A stretch of 64,000 nucleotides of DNA from contig NC_047082.1 of assembly GCF_902459465.1 (NCBI RefSeq), positions 1,984,001 to 2,048,000 on the forward strand. Reading direction: 5' to 3'. This stretch comes from Asterias rubens. Lineage: Eukaryota. The position numbers and the translations under genes were made by a program. Every line of letters begins with the position of its first letter. Position 1 is the stretch's first letter. Shown here piece by piece: positions 1-12,400 of this stretch. The notes beneath the pieces were generated by a model, which saw only the letters and a program-made list of their open reading frames with translations, was not told where the DNA came from and made no database searches.

Positions 1-2566
1 GCTATAAAGAGACGATTATAACTTATTAACATAAAAGGATCTTTATTTCATAAACAAGCTGAGAATCGAACGAGTAGCATTTAAAACTTATTAGCCCAGA
101 CAGACACATGAGTCAACATGGTACACGCGATATTTCTTAAGTAGATTCTGAAACCTTGTCGGAGAAATGTCTTTGAAAGCAAATCCACAAGATGTGGCTC
201 AATTTCAGTAAGACAAGTTTTCGTTCCTCGTGGAGGTCCGCGTGAATCCGAGTTCACAACCTACCTGCCTGCTCGAGCAGATCACAAATCGGTAACAATA
301 CCCATTAAGGTTCAGTGGTATCCTTTAGATGGTGTGTATATTTTTACCCCGCCAAATTAACAAATGGAGCTGGTATTATTATGCGAATAAATCTCGTAAT
401 AATCCAGAATCCTCCAAATTGACTGGATTAAGCACCATCAAGCCAACGACCGGGAAAGAGAAGAAGGGGTTCTCAGGTTGCCTTTCAGACGTCTTGTAAT
501 GGTAAACTTAAAGTGACTCCTTGTCTGTGAGCAGTGGTGCGCACTGGGTGTAATGATAAGATTGAAGGGAAGAACGACCCTGGAGACCTGGCAACGAGGC
601 ACATAGGGTGCGGATTGCCCGGCGGCTTTCACCGGGGGATGAGATTCACATTGTCGCCGCTACATCGTCCAACAATGAATGATGTGAAAACTTGTTAAGT
701 CGAGCCCGTAATCCAGTTAGAGGAAAGGAGACCCTCGTTGCGCGAAGGAACTGGTAAAAAAACCCAGAGTTGTTTACAACAATCGTTGTTACTGCTTGAA
801 ATGTTGACTCAAGATCATAGCCCTAGGTATAGGCCAACTACAAAATATAATTATTTCAAGAAGAATTGGAAGCTACACAATTCAAATACCTTCAAAATTA
901 AATTTACAGCAGAAACTAATTATAAGAAGCCAATAAATCTCCCGATTTTAGGAAGGTTTTGACGGAGTCAACATATCAATCATGATCAAGAATTAATTCA
1001 GTGACATCTCTCGAGTCGTTTAGACTTAAGTATTAGGCTCCGAATTGACCCTATTCTGTAAGAGGACAAAGAGGAGGTGTTACTCGAGGCCTCGCTTGTG
1101 GTTGTCATGAGAAGGTCTCAATGATGAAGCCACAGCGGCATCTAGGTATAAGGCTATGCTCCAAAATGTAGCTTCTTATCACAGCGTATGTCAAAAATAA
1201 AGACAATTTCTTTTAATAAATTATTAGTTAATACATGTGAACCAACCTGGTTTCGTTCTTCGAGTGTTTTTTTTTTTAAATTGGAAACGACTTTCACTTC
1301 AGAATAACCAACCGGCTCTTTTTAGCGTCAACATCTCTGTGAGATTTCTTATACATCTGAAAGACTATCCTACTCTACCATTCAAAGCACATGTTTTACT
1401 TCCATTTGATTCCCTTTTCGGCGAGAATGTACATTACATGTTCTCTTTTCAAGCCTCTTTATTTTTACACGAAATCTGACTGTTCTCTCTTTGCAAAGTT
1501 TTGGAACTGCAATTTGAGAAGGAGACCTGATGGCGAGGAGGCGATAAGACGATACAAAGAGATAATTGGGGGGCTTTGGGTACCATCGGTATAATAAAAC
1601 GCATTACAAGAGGGCTTAAAAGTGCCTCCCCGACTTCATCGGGTTGACTTCAATGGTTTCCATGGATAGTTAAAGACAAGATCTTGCGCTTAAGAAATAC
1701 GATCCAAATTAAAGTTTCCCTTAATCCATAAGTTGCCTTCTGTGCACCAATGGCAACGTTGTGTTCAAAAACAAATACTACGCAGGGCTTCTCAAATTCC
1801 AATCATGTAAACACTAGCCATGATTGCTTCTCTCCACCTATATACATTTAAATTTTATCAAAAACAAGCATTTCGGACAGTGGTGCAACCAAGGGGGATT
1901 GGGGCATTCGTGGCACTTACCTTTGTTCTCCTTATACCACTAGTCCGAAATATAAAACTTTATTAAAATAATTTGTTTCTTTTTATGCAATGGAAGGTGG
2001 ATTTTTATTTTAATGATTCGTGGAAAGTTTATGAGATTCATGCCAACCGAAAATACCGAGACTTTTTTTCAAACAGTGATGTATTTTTCGAGCAGTCAAT
2101 ATTTGTTCAAAATTCACCCTAAAAAACAACTAACTTTATGCTGAGCATCAAGGGTCAAAACGGGGTACACACTGCTGTCTGGTAAAGGACAAACAAGAAC
2201 CAAACATCGGGGGAACACGTGGGAGGAAAGACAACATGTCACAAAGGAAAAAAGTTTCAATGCGATGTGGTTTTCTTGATGGCTTTTCTCGAGCAGTTGT
2301 GAAGTTTATTTGTCCGGTGCTTGGGAATTTCGCGATGAGGTAGAGGTCTGATCAACACGGGGAAGAGTGGGTGGGCTATTTTATAGGCCATGCCATTCCA
2401 ATGGCACAACGCAATCAAAAGTGTAGTTTTAAGTTTGTTGAAAATCAACTCGTTGACAAAGAAACCCATTGAGGGCTATAATTAATGCTCTATAAATAGA
2501 ATCGGGAATGTCCTAATGAGTATTTTTGTTTTTTATTTCGAATCACTTTTTTTGTTGCATGGTGAA

Positions 2567-2593
2567 CCATGGAGGAAGTTTCTTCCTCCATGG
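2567..2593. repeat. Short perfect hairpin (12-bp stem)
   Basis: ccatggaggaag-ttt-cttcctccatgg. Confidence 0.8.
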
Positions 2594-5500
2594 GTGAACC
2601 TAGTAAACATGCACTCTTCTTGACCAGGGCCCAGTTTTTAGCGAAGCTAAGCAACGTTATGATGCTCAGCTTACCAGCAGAATAAGGTTTCAGCCATAAT
2701 ACGACGTCACATGTACAATCTGCGACTGGTATTATGCTCATTTCTGTTTAGCAGCAAACATTTCAGCAATATTTTTTGCTAAAACAGCTCTCTGAAACTG
2801 GAACCAGATATTTAAATGCTATAGTTACATCATTTGTTTTGTATAAGATGTACGAAAGTGGATAATCAAACAAACTTGTCTTTTCTCAATCATTGAACGT
2901 CTTGTTTTTGGGGCAAGGCTGATCAGTTCTTGGGCATAAACGGCAACGTCATCCACGTAGCCAGAAATTGTTGTAAGTCTCTCCTAAGTGATGTTTCCTC
3001 GTGCATTGACCTTTACCGAACTACAAAAGAAAACATTGATGAAAACGTGCGACGAAAAGGAGCGGGTTGTCAAACAAGAGAGTTGTCTCGAGAGATCTTG
3101 TCCAAACCCGCAAATCCCTTGTCGAGATGAATGGGGAACAGAGTTAACCCCCTGCGAGTCGAATGAGAAACAAGGCCAGCAAGGCATTTGTCCTTCAAAA
3201 TTCCAATAAAAGCCATATTTTTCTGACGGGTTACAGGTCGTTCCCAAGGGTTGGGTTTGGTGAGAAGGTGAAAGCTTTCGTTTGAGTGACGTGGGGTGGG
3301 TAGAAAGAAACTGTAACATGATATTCCGACGAAAGGGCAGTCAAAAAATGACAGGTTTCTGCCCGTGACAGTTGATTCGTATTGTTTGACGGTGGCGTCA
3401 CGTATTGTTGCAGAAAACAATACAGATATTTTCTTTTACTAGTATGTTCGTTTTAACACACTGCACCATGCCGTCTAAATGTATAATAACAAGAACTAAA
3501 CAAAATTGATGGGTTTTAATTGTTATGAAATAATTACTTTTTGTGTAAGAATTATCCTTAACAATGAATTTCGTACTTCGTAACTAACTAAGTATACATT
3601 GTCTGTTTTTGATGGAAAATACAAACATTGAAACTATCACACTAAAGCTTTTAGAATATAAAATTTTACTCTGCTGGTAACTTTGAGAAGTCTCAAGTAA
3701 TTGGTTGGGGTGGCACTCGGGAAGGGGGAGGGGGGGGACACAGAAATCAATAGGGGCACGTTCTCCCGTGCCTCCTTATAGTCAATACGAAATTGTTCAT
3801 GGAAAAAATCTCGAAAGACAATACTTTCGATTAAAGAGAACACATTTTCCCCCAAATTCCTGAAATCACAGCTTTGAATCACACAACAAAATTACTAGTT
3901 AAATATAATGATTTTTTTTTTCAAATACAGAACTATTATGTTATTGTATTGATTGAACTTTGAAGTGGTGTCAGTTATTACAGCAGGGGGTTTTATCAAC
4001 GAGGTTTATTTACGACCTCGACTGTAAACCAGTGATATTTCCCCCGCAAATCACTGTCGAACTATTTAAAGTGTTTTATGTGCTTTGACCGAATAGCCAA
4101 GGTTCAAGTGTATAAACTACCACCTAAAACATATGTGTTTATTCTTAATTGTTCGCATAATATAGGGTAGAGTATTACGTATGACTGGCGGGGGCTGTAT
4201 ATGGATGTAGACGGCTGTTCTGTGCACCCTTACTGATAAACTCTTTTTCACACAAGGTGAATATTGCAACCATGTTTAAATTTATCAAGGTACCCTTTAT
4301 AAGTTTCTCTCGAGTGAAAAGTGATTTTAGTAACTTTCAGGATTAGGCGTTTTCTGCACAGATCTCCCTGCCTTCTCTGTTTTGAAATTCATACATATAA
4401 TTTTTTCATAGAAGAAAGACAGTCCCGATTTTGGGAGTCAAAATTTGAGGGAATTGACTTCCAAAAGGATGAAAATGGTAGACGCATTGTTTGTTACCTC
4501 CACCCCATGATTCTCACCAACCATTCCCCCGGGGCACCTGCCTGTTTCGGAAACAGTCGTCCACTCGGCACACCCACCACTCCTCGACACCTTTATCATC
4601 AGTGGGTGTCAGAACATGCATTTAATATAGCATCCAAACACACAGAAGGGCCTCTCTACTGAATGAAGTGGACCCAAACTGCTGTGGATTCGGGTAGCTG
4701 CGCAACTGTCATTGTTGATCAAAGTACCCGATATACCTGCCTCACTTTTTATTTCATTTATGATGACAGCATCCATGCGACTGAGGATTCGTCATTTAAA
4801 AAAATGCGAGGAGTTGAAAATGAGTTCGAGGTTACAGAATGACCTCATTGATAACCTGAACTTGTTTCTTTATGTTGTTCAATCTCGCTGGTGACATTTA
4901 TGTGTCAAACATTACACAGCATTCCATTCTACCCTCATTTCAAACATGGCAACGACAATTATTTTTAAGTTTTAAGATCTTGACGATAAGATGTGTTAAT
5001 TTTTGCCCCTAAGAAAACTTTTGTTGACTCAAGTAATGCCAATTGCAGTGCCTCCTGGTGAAAACAGTTTCACTGTTTAGATTCCCTTCTCTCTCAACCC
5101 TTGTAAGACTGTGTTTTTGATTCCCATATGAAAGCAAGGCGTGTAACATCATGAATGCCTAGAGGGGGTGGGCAGGCAGGATCAGGTGGTAACGGTACTG
5201 CAACGGAACTCGTTCATAGAGTTACATTTTTATGCAGGGCTCGATCAAAGTGACTCTTGCAACTTATTTCTCGCTTAAAGGGCGGGGGGGGGGGGGGGGG
5301 GGTAAAATACAGTTAGGGATTCTGCATCATTTTCGTTTTATGTTACCCACGATTTTGTACAGCCTGTTTCTAAGAGTTCACTGCTGAAGGTCTAAACAAT
5401 TTGTTTTTAAGCTGGGAACAAATTAATTAATGGTTGATTATAATTAGTTTATATTTTGCTAATTACTTTATTTTGCTTAATCACCGCATGTCTTTAGGCA

Positions 5501-8500
5501 CGTTTCCCATTCTATGCAAAATGTTTTCCTGGTTGATGAGTAGATTTTATCCTCGAAAATGACAATGTGTCTCATGGAGTAACGTCAAATTTCAGAAACC
5601 AACTTTCTAAAAACAAACAAACAAGAAATCTAAATTTCCTCAAAGTACGCCCCTTTAAGCTCGCTGGGTACGGGGGTACGGGACGTCGCAATCAAGCCAT
5701 CAAAGAAGCCTCTCGAACCCCGGCACCCTTGAGGGGTCTACATGCCGTGGCAGACTTTGACAGGTAGACTTTGAAGCTGATGATTGATCGACATCCGGCA
5801 ATTTGTGCGGGCTATCAAAGTATGATAACGTTGGCACAGTTATCAACTTCAAGTATCCTAGGCAAGGCAGTCCTTTTTCGAGCTCTATCCCTCTGCTCAA
5901 AGTCAGTGGATACTTTTGGTATTAAAGCCACCGTAACATACCTTTGACGTGTTCTTAAATAAATATTACAAAATAATTATATGTAAACATATCTTAATGT
6001 TTACATCATACAGTTTAAGAGCTAGACAATTACCGTTTATTTTCTACCTCCAGTATCAAATTCAAAGGCATTGTTCTAACCTTTTTAGTTATCATTCTAA
6101 TGCTATACAGATCTCGAACTGACTTATACAAAAAATATTACTTTTCTTCGTTCGATATGAAGAAAATACTTCCAGACTTACCCAAATACTTATAACCTTC
6201 AGCTGAGATTGGTTGCGAAACTAAAAGTTCCCACACCCCTATTGCATTGTCCTATTGTATTGTCCTTATTCTAACCCTAACCCTCGTGTAGATCACGGGG
6301 GCCAGGAACAGAGTTGTCGGAACATAGAACAGTCACCGTTAAGAACCTGTCGCCATATAGTGATTAACTAAGCTATATCCAACACCACTAATTGTCTATG
6401 TGTTTTAAGTCCATAGGCTGGGCCGTCAACTTCAAGTGTTTTCCTTTTTGCTCAAAGCTCAAACCTCTTTGAATGTGCGACGTTGTTTTCCAAATAAGGG
6501 TTGACAAGTGCAAGTTGTGGTTATAGATTTCTGCATCTGTATTCTTTTTGTTGTCTTCACCGACACATTTATTAGTCTGGATCCGACGTGTGCCAGAACA
6601 TTTCACACGCCGGAAGAACATTTTTATTGAAAATTATAGCCCACACTAGACGAACAATCGAGCGATGGTTATTTGCCATTCGACCACAAAATAAGTAGTT
6701 GTCAAATTAACTTCCGAACGGACGTGCACTCTGCACGGTGCTTGGTTGTGGAAATTGATTATAAAAAGGTTTAACAAAGTTCCATTCTGCACGAGAACAC
6801 TCCACCTGAACTAAAGAATGCGAAGACAGAAAATTAAAGATGGAGTTCGTCAATGGACATTCGTATGGCTTTCAGAATATCAGTCTTAAACTATTAGCCA
6901 ATCAGGTCATTGATAAAAAAAGTCAAAATCTGCTATTTGGGAAACCTTTGATCCTTGCTCCTCTTCCTAAATAACCAACCATACCGAGTGCCCCTTATCA
7001 TTAACCATAAATCTACAATTTCAAATCAAGCTAAATAAATGGCCGACTATTAAAAACTTGAAAATGTATCACACACCCAACTTGGTGTCAATTTGGTGAA
7101 TAATTTGCTTTCAGGTGAGCGACATCATAAGCCCCCAAACCGTTCCTTTTAACAGCATAAATATACCATATGGTTTTATTGGACCATGTTTGGACACTAT
7201 GCCAAACAAGTTGGTCCATTATTGTCATGAGTAGAGTACACCAGTCCATTAAAAAGTAATTGGCCAATCGGTGGGAGTATAGATCTGGGTTTACCACTTG
7301 TTACCTGTGCCGTATTACGCATACATTTCAATGAGTACACAGGGTATTCTATAAATACAATGAGGACATTGACCAATGAGTAGAGTGTATGAGGTAGAGG
7401 ACAGGCAGTGATTTGATGATGAGTGCACGGATTGTGCACACAGTGTATAAAGTTTTAGTAGCTTGATGGGTTACCATCAGACAGTACTATACATGCCATC
7501 TAGGCAGTAGGATGGGATTGCACGCACTGATACCGTCTTGTATATAGGAGACGCGTGAAGTAACACCATTTAAGAACTTCCTTCCATCTTCAAGGTGATA
7601 CTAGAGTCTTCGAGGAAACTTCTCTTCTCACGGAAAACCATTTTCATTTTCGAGTGGGGATTCGTCAGGGTGATTTGTGTATGTTGCCCGTCCGCTGGAC
7701 AGTGACGATGCCTTTTTAAATGAACTCGTTTATTTTCGCTTTGCGCACGTGGAGAGAAATTGGATTTGAGTGAAGTTGAATTATTATACATCTTTGTAAG
7801 AGTTAGTTTTCTTTTCTGAAGCGTCTGATTTCTTAACTAACCTGAAGAGGGGCAGACAAGGAAGGAAATTGTCTATATATTATCAACACGCAAACCTTAC
7901 GTAGCATTGGGTACTCAAAACAGTGTCGCCTACTGAACGTGTTTAATTTGGCGCCATTTTTCCTGTTTGGAAACACACCACCTGTTTGGAAAAAGTAGAC
8001 AATTTTGGCGCGAAAACCAAGATAATAATTGCACTTGTCAGGCGGATGTCGGTGGGAGGAATACGTATCTCACCTGCTTTGATAAACAGAAAGTCAACCT
8101 GTAATGCATCATCCGGATTCCTTGATTGCCAGGCTCGCGGATTGACATATTCCATACCCTAGGAGGAGGGGCAAAAAGAAAGTTGACATTCCTCTCAACA
8201 TTTTCCACCTATGATATTCAAGATTACGTAATTTATATTTGTCAATGTGGTTTTTCCCAGCCGTGCTGTTTATGATTCATCGAGTGTACGGGACAATAAC
8301 ATTCGAATAATTCTCCCTCAGTCGAGAAAAGATGTCTCGTCGAGGTGCTATAATCGACGACAAATCATTCATGAAGTGAAGGGACCTTCAGCTTTAATGG
8401 TTAATTGTTTTGATGGCCATGAGGGTACAGATGAATGATAACGTGTAACTCACAATCCTCACAACGCTGATAGACCACTAGTAGGGATACCGTAACATTC

Positions 8501-9474
8501 AACCAAGGATTACCGAAAAGAAAACAAGTGCTCTTCACAGAGATCAATAATTTTCTTGGAGGAACGGATGGATGCAAGTTTATGTTCTTGTCACACACTG
8601 TGATATCAGAAGTACTACTGCCTTAGGTTTGCTGAAAAGAAAGTAACATTTTGTCGTGAGTGGAGTTAGGATCTAAACAAGGCTACTAATCCATCTTTGA
8701 TATCTGTTTTCATTTGAGATCATCCAGTTGGTCAACAGACTATGTTGGATGTCTTAGCATTACGTGATTGAGGCACACCCTGGCTTAAGGGTGGGAGGAA
8801 GTTTACGCATCACCTTGGTCACAAAAGAAGGCTGGTCGACGTAGCGTTGGAACGGGAGTGTTGTCCCTATCGACGGGTTGATGTCACCACAATCACGGCA
8901 GATTAGCTGGTGTCATTCGCCTTGACGTAACTCACTCGCCAGGATATTTTACTCAAACGCTTCAAATTTTTTGAAAATCCGAGGATCAAATTCGAGCCAA
9001 TATGTTGATAGTTTTAATTGAAGTAATTATTTGATCTACATTTGCATATTCATGATTTAAGACGACATGACTAATCGTTTTCTGTCTGTACGCGGATAAA
9101 CAAGTAATTAGCAGGAACTGAACATCAAGCTCGCGTTTAGCATTTTGTATTAAAAAAAATCAATGACATAAATACTGTGGATGTAAATATTTGTATCCTT
9201 CATACAATGTTTACCTGACCAGGCGAATACTCGAGCATCTTGATGAAATTACCGACGAGTCTTGCTGATGGGCATTCCTAATCAATTTCAATCCCTAATT
9301 GATTGGATACGTACGGAGGACAGGTTCATGATTCAAAGCTCCTTGAAATGATAAGAATCTCGCGTAAAAGACCGATCAACTTTTCCCCTCAGAGAAGTGA
9401 CTCAGGTATACCCTCGATACGAACAAAGTTGAGCTGAAGAATTATTATTGTATATTATTCTATCAAACCGAACA

Positions 9475-12400
9475 ATGGCTACTTTCCTGGATTGGGAGAT
9501 CCTGCTAATGCTGTGCTTCACTGTCATGCTTGTGGTCGTGGATTCAGGAGATACGTGGCGAGTGAAAACAAAAGGTGAGAACGATTATATGCAATTTATT
9601 CATTTATGTGTGTTAAGAATGGTTGTATGATCATAGAAAAATAACTAATTTTGTTCCAAAAGGTCAAATTTGAATAATTGATTATGGCCATTGCAAGTAT
9701 CCTGACACTACATTGCATAAATATTTATATTAAAATATACTTTGTAGAACATTAAGGAATTCCAGAGGTCCAAGGCTCGAATCGAGTCCTATTATCAATC
9801 AATAGTTCAGGCTTAACTAGCATGTTTCAACAACAACAACAACAACCCCAGCCCCTTCCCGGCGCTCTGCATGTATATACCAGACATTCCAGTGAGCCAT
9901 GTTATTCGCGAACATATTATTTTGATTGCTTTTTACCCGTCGTGTTGTCGACCGTAAACCAGAAAATAAATTGCCCTGTAAATCAAGGAAATTAAAGCTT
10001 TACTTTGTGGCAGGAACCATTAAAGACATTTGCGACTTACTATATTCCAGTTTGGCTAACCACCCAATCGATGCATGTACGCAACGACCTTTACTAAATC
10101 ATAAACAGCATTTTCTCAAGTGTAATAACTCCCTAATTAATATTGAGGCCTATCTTTTATTCCACAAGGAATATGGCAATAACTGATTGCCGAATCGAAC
10201 CCCTTGGGTTTTGAGATCAAATTAAAGCTGACATGGTCGGACAGTTTGTTTAATTTCAACCCACGTATCTTTTATTTGATCTTACATTAAAAACAAATAA
10301 TGACAATGTGCAGAGGTATTTTTCAAGCGTGAGTCAGAAGTGCCTCGTTATATTGAAAGATGATGTCCAGGTTGCAGCTCTGACACCATGGATATTATCA
10401 CTTCTTTAATTAGTCTAGACATCTCGTTAACCTTGTGTTCTTAAGAACTTCCAAACCACATTCTTATTTATATTACGGTGTCAGTTATTTCTACATCTTG
10501 GGGGAGGGGGTGTAAATCTTCGCCCTTATTTGGAAAAGTGACTTTCTTCGGACTGTTTACGTTCGAATGTAAACTAAATATAACTTTCTCTTCATGCATT
10601 AAAACGAAACAAGGCCCCAAATTGCACGTCTTGAGCCTAACATTAAGTGCTTAGCAATTCTGCTGAAAGTTTAGGCGGGGACCAGTGACAAAAAAATACA
10701 CATGCCATCCTACTTTAGCAGGCAAAACATTTCTGGTAAGCAAAATTACACACGGTGCTTAACCGATGTTTGTGACGCTCGGTAAACTCGGGTCCTGTTT
10801 GTTATTTTACTTCAAACTGTTCGAGAGTGTAGACAGGTGCTGATTTTTGAGTGTTTATCACTTAAGATTAGGAATGGGAATCGTGATCTGACATAAAACC
10901 GTCAGTCTAAACAGATTACAAACTACCTGCCATTTAATAACTCCAGTAATACGTTAACCTATTTGCGTGCAAACTAGACGCCAACCGTCCAACCACTAAC
11001 GGATTGCGTAGCTGTATCTCTGGAGATGTTCCATGACTAATTCAACCTGTCATGGTAGTCTGAGAGATGGGGACAAAAAACACACATACCCCTGGGGGAT
11101 CTCCACCATGTCTGTCGTCACAGGATGCGATCAGTCACTTTCTACCAAGCAAGGGAGCATATATCATGACGTCATTTTGAGCATTTTGGCCTATGGTAGT
11201 TAGGAGACCGGACTGATAATTGCAGTATTCAATTTGAATCAATCTGTGGGTGAGGAGTTTGCTTCGAGAATCGTGCAGACAAGATTATAATTTAGAATCA
11301 TTGAAAGGTGCATGAGGGCATCGTTCTCATCCATTCCAGTGGGGATTTTTTTGCACTTTCAGAAAGAGGGCGTGCTTCATGTTTTAGTTACGCTCAGCAG
11401 GCGAAGTGTTAATTGCAGCTTTGTATCTGCATCCGAAAGCTCTCAGAAAGATATTAATTAAGGATGCGATCAGTCCATTTTGATGAATAACCATGAATTG
11501 GCTACAATCATGTATACAAATACATCATTTTTATTTATTTGTACAACCAAAACAAGTACATGCATAGATGACGAAGTTCCAACTTGTGAGACACGGCGGC
11601 TGTTGAAATTGTTATGATTGACGCTAAATTTGTTTTACCAATGTCAGAATAGTGCACATATTTTTTATGAACTTGCTGTATTTGTTTTTGGAGAGAGTAA
11701 CATTTTAACATATTTTGTGTTGCATACTGTTTCAATAGACTTTAGTAGTCGGACGTCCCAAACCCAAATCACATTTATATCTTAATTCCCAAGCTGAACA
11801 CTTCTATCAACACCTTCACTTTCACATCAATCTGTCAATCATTTAGTAACACTGGATAATCTTTAAAGCCCCTGAGGTGTGAGCCGCTTTAAAAAACAGC
11901 CAGTGACACCGAAAAAGAAAAATACTATTTCCAGTGTGACATTTACCTGTAAAATCTTTCATCTTAAATTAATTTGAATCTCTCAGAGCTTGTCATCAAC
12001 GACCTGTTTGTAAGATAAGAAAATAATCTGATAATTATAAAAAGTTGGCAAGTTTTCATGGTAATTTTATTTCTGTAAATCATCCATAGCAGGTGCATGG
12101 CTCCGCGTACTTCCATATGATTTAGAAAACGGCAATGTTACTCATTTTCGAGATTAAAGGCTTCCTCCATAACGGCTAGGTGTGACAGGTGTAGGGCTCC
12201 TGCAAATACAGAAAGCCAACAGACACATTGGTCGTCTTGGTTGGGGAGATATCATAAAACTCTTAGGTACCAATAACAAACCTGTTTTTGTGACATAACC
12301 AGCTATATTGTTTACAATATATTCATTAGTAATAGCTGTTAAATTTGCTTCCTTCTAAACTTGACATACTCCTATAACACCACTTTAAAATCGGGTATGT

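Noticed and set aside
1400-1800. Minus-strand fragments resembling RNase H (YYTDG) or a CUB domain
   Set aside because: The motifs are short, stops are frequent and no second supporting motif was found.
5284-5302. Poly-G/C runs (also ~34724, ~37325, ~63488) as functional G-quadruplexes
   Set aside because: These are simple homopolymers common in such genomes and error-prone in assembly, with no supporting context.
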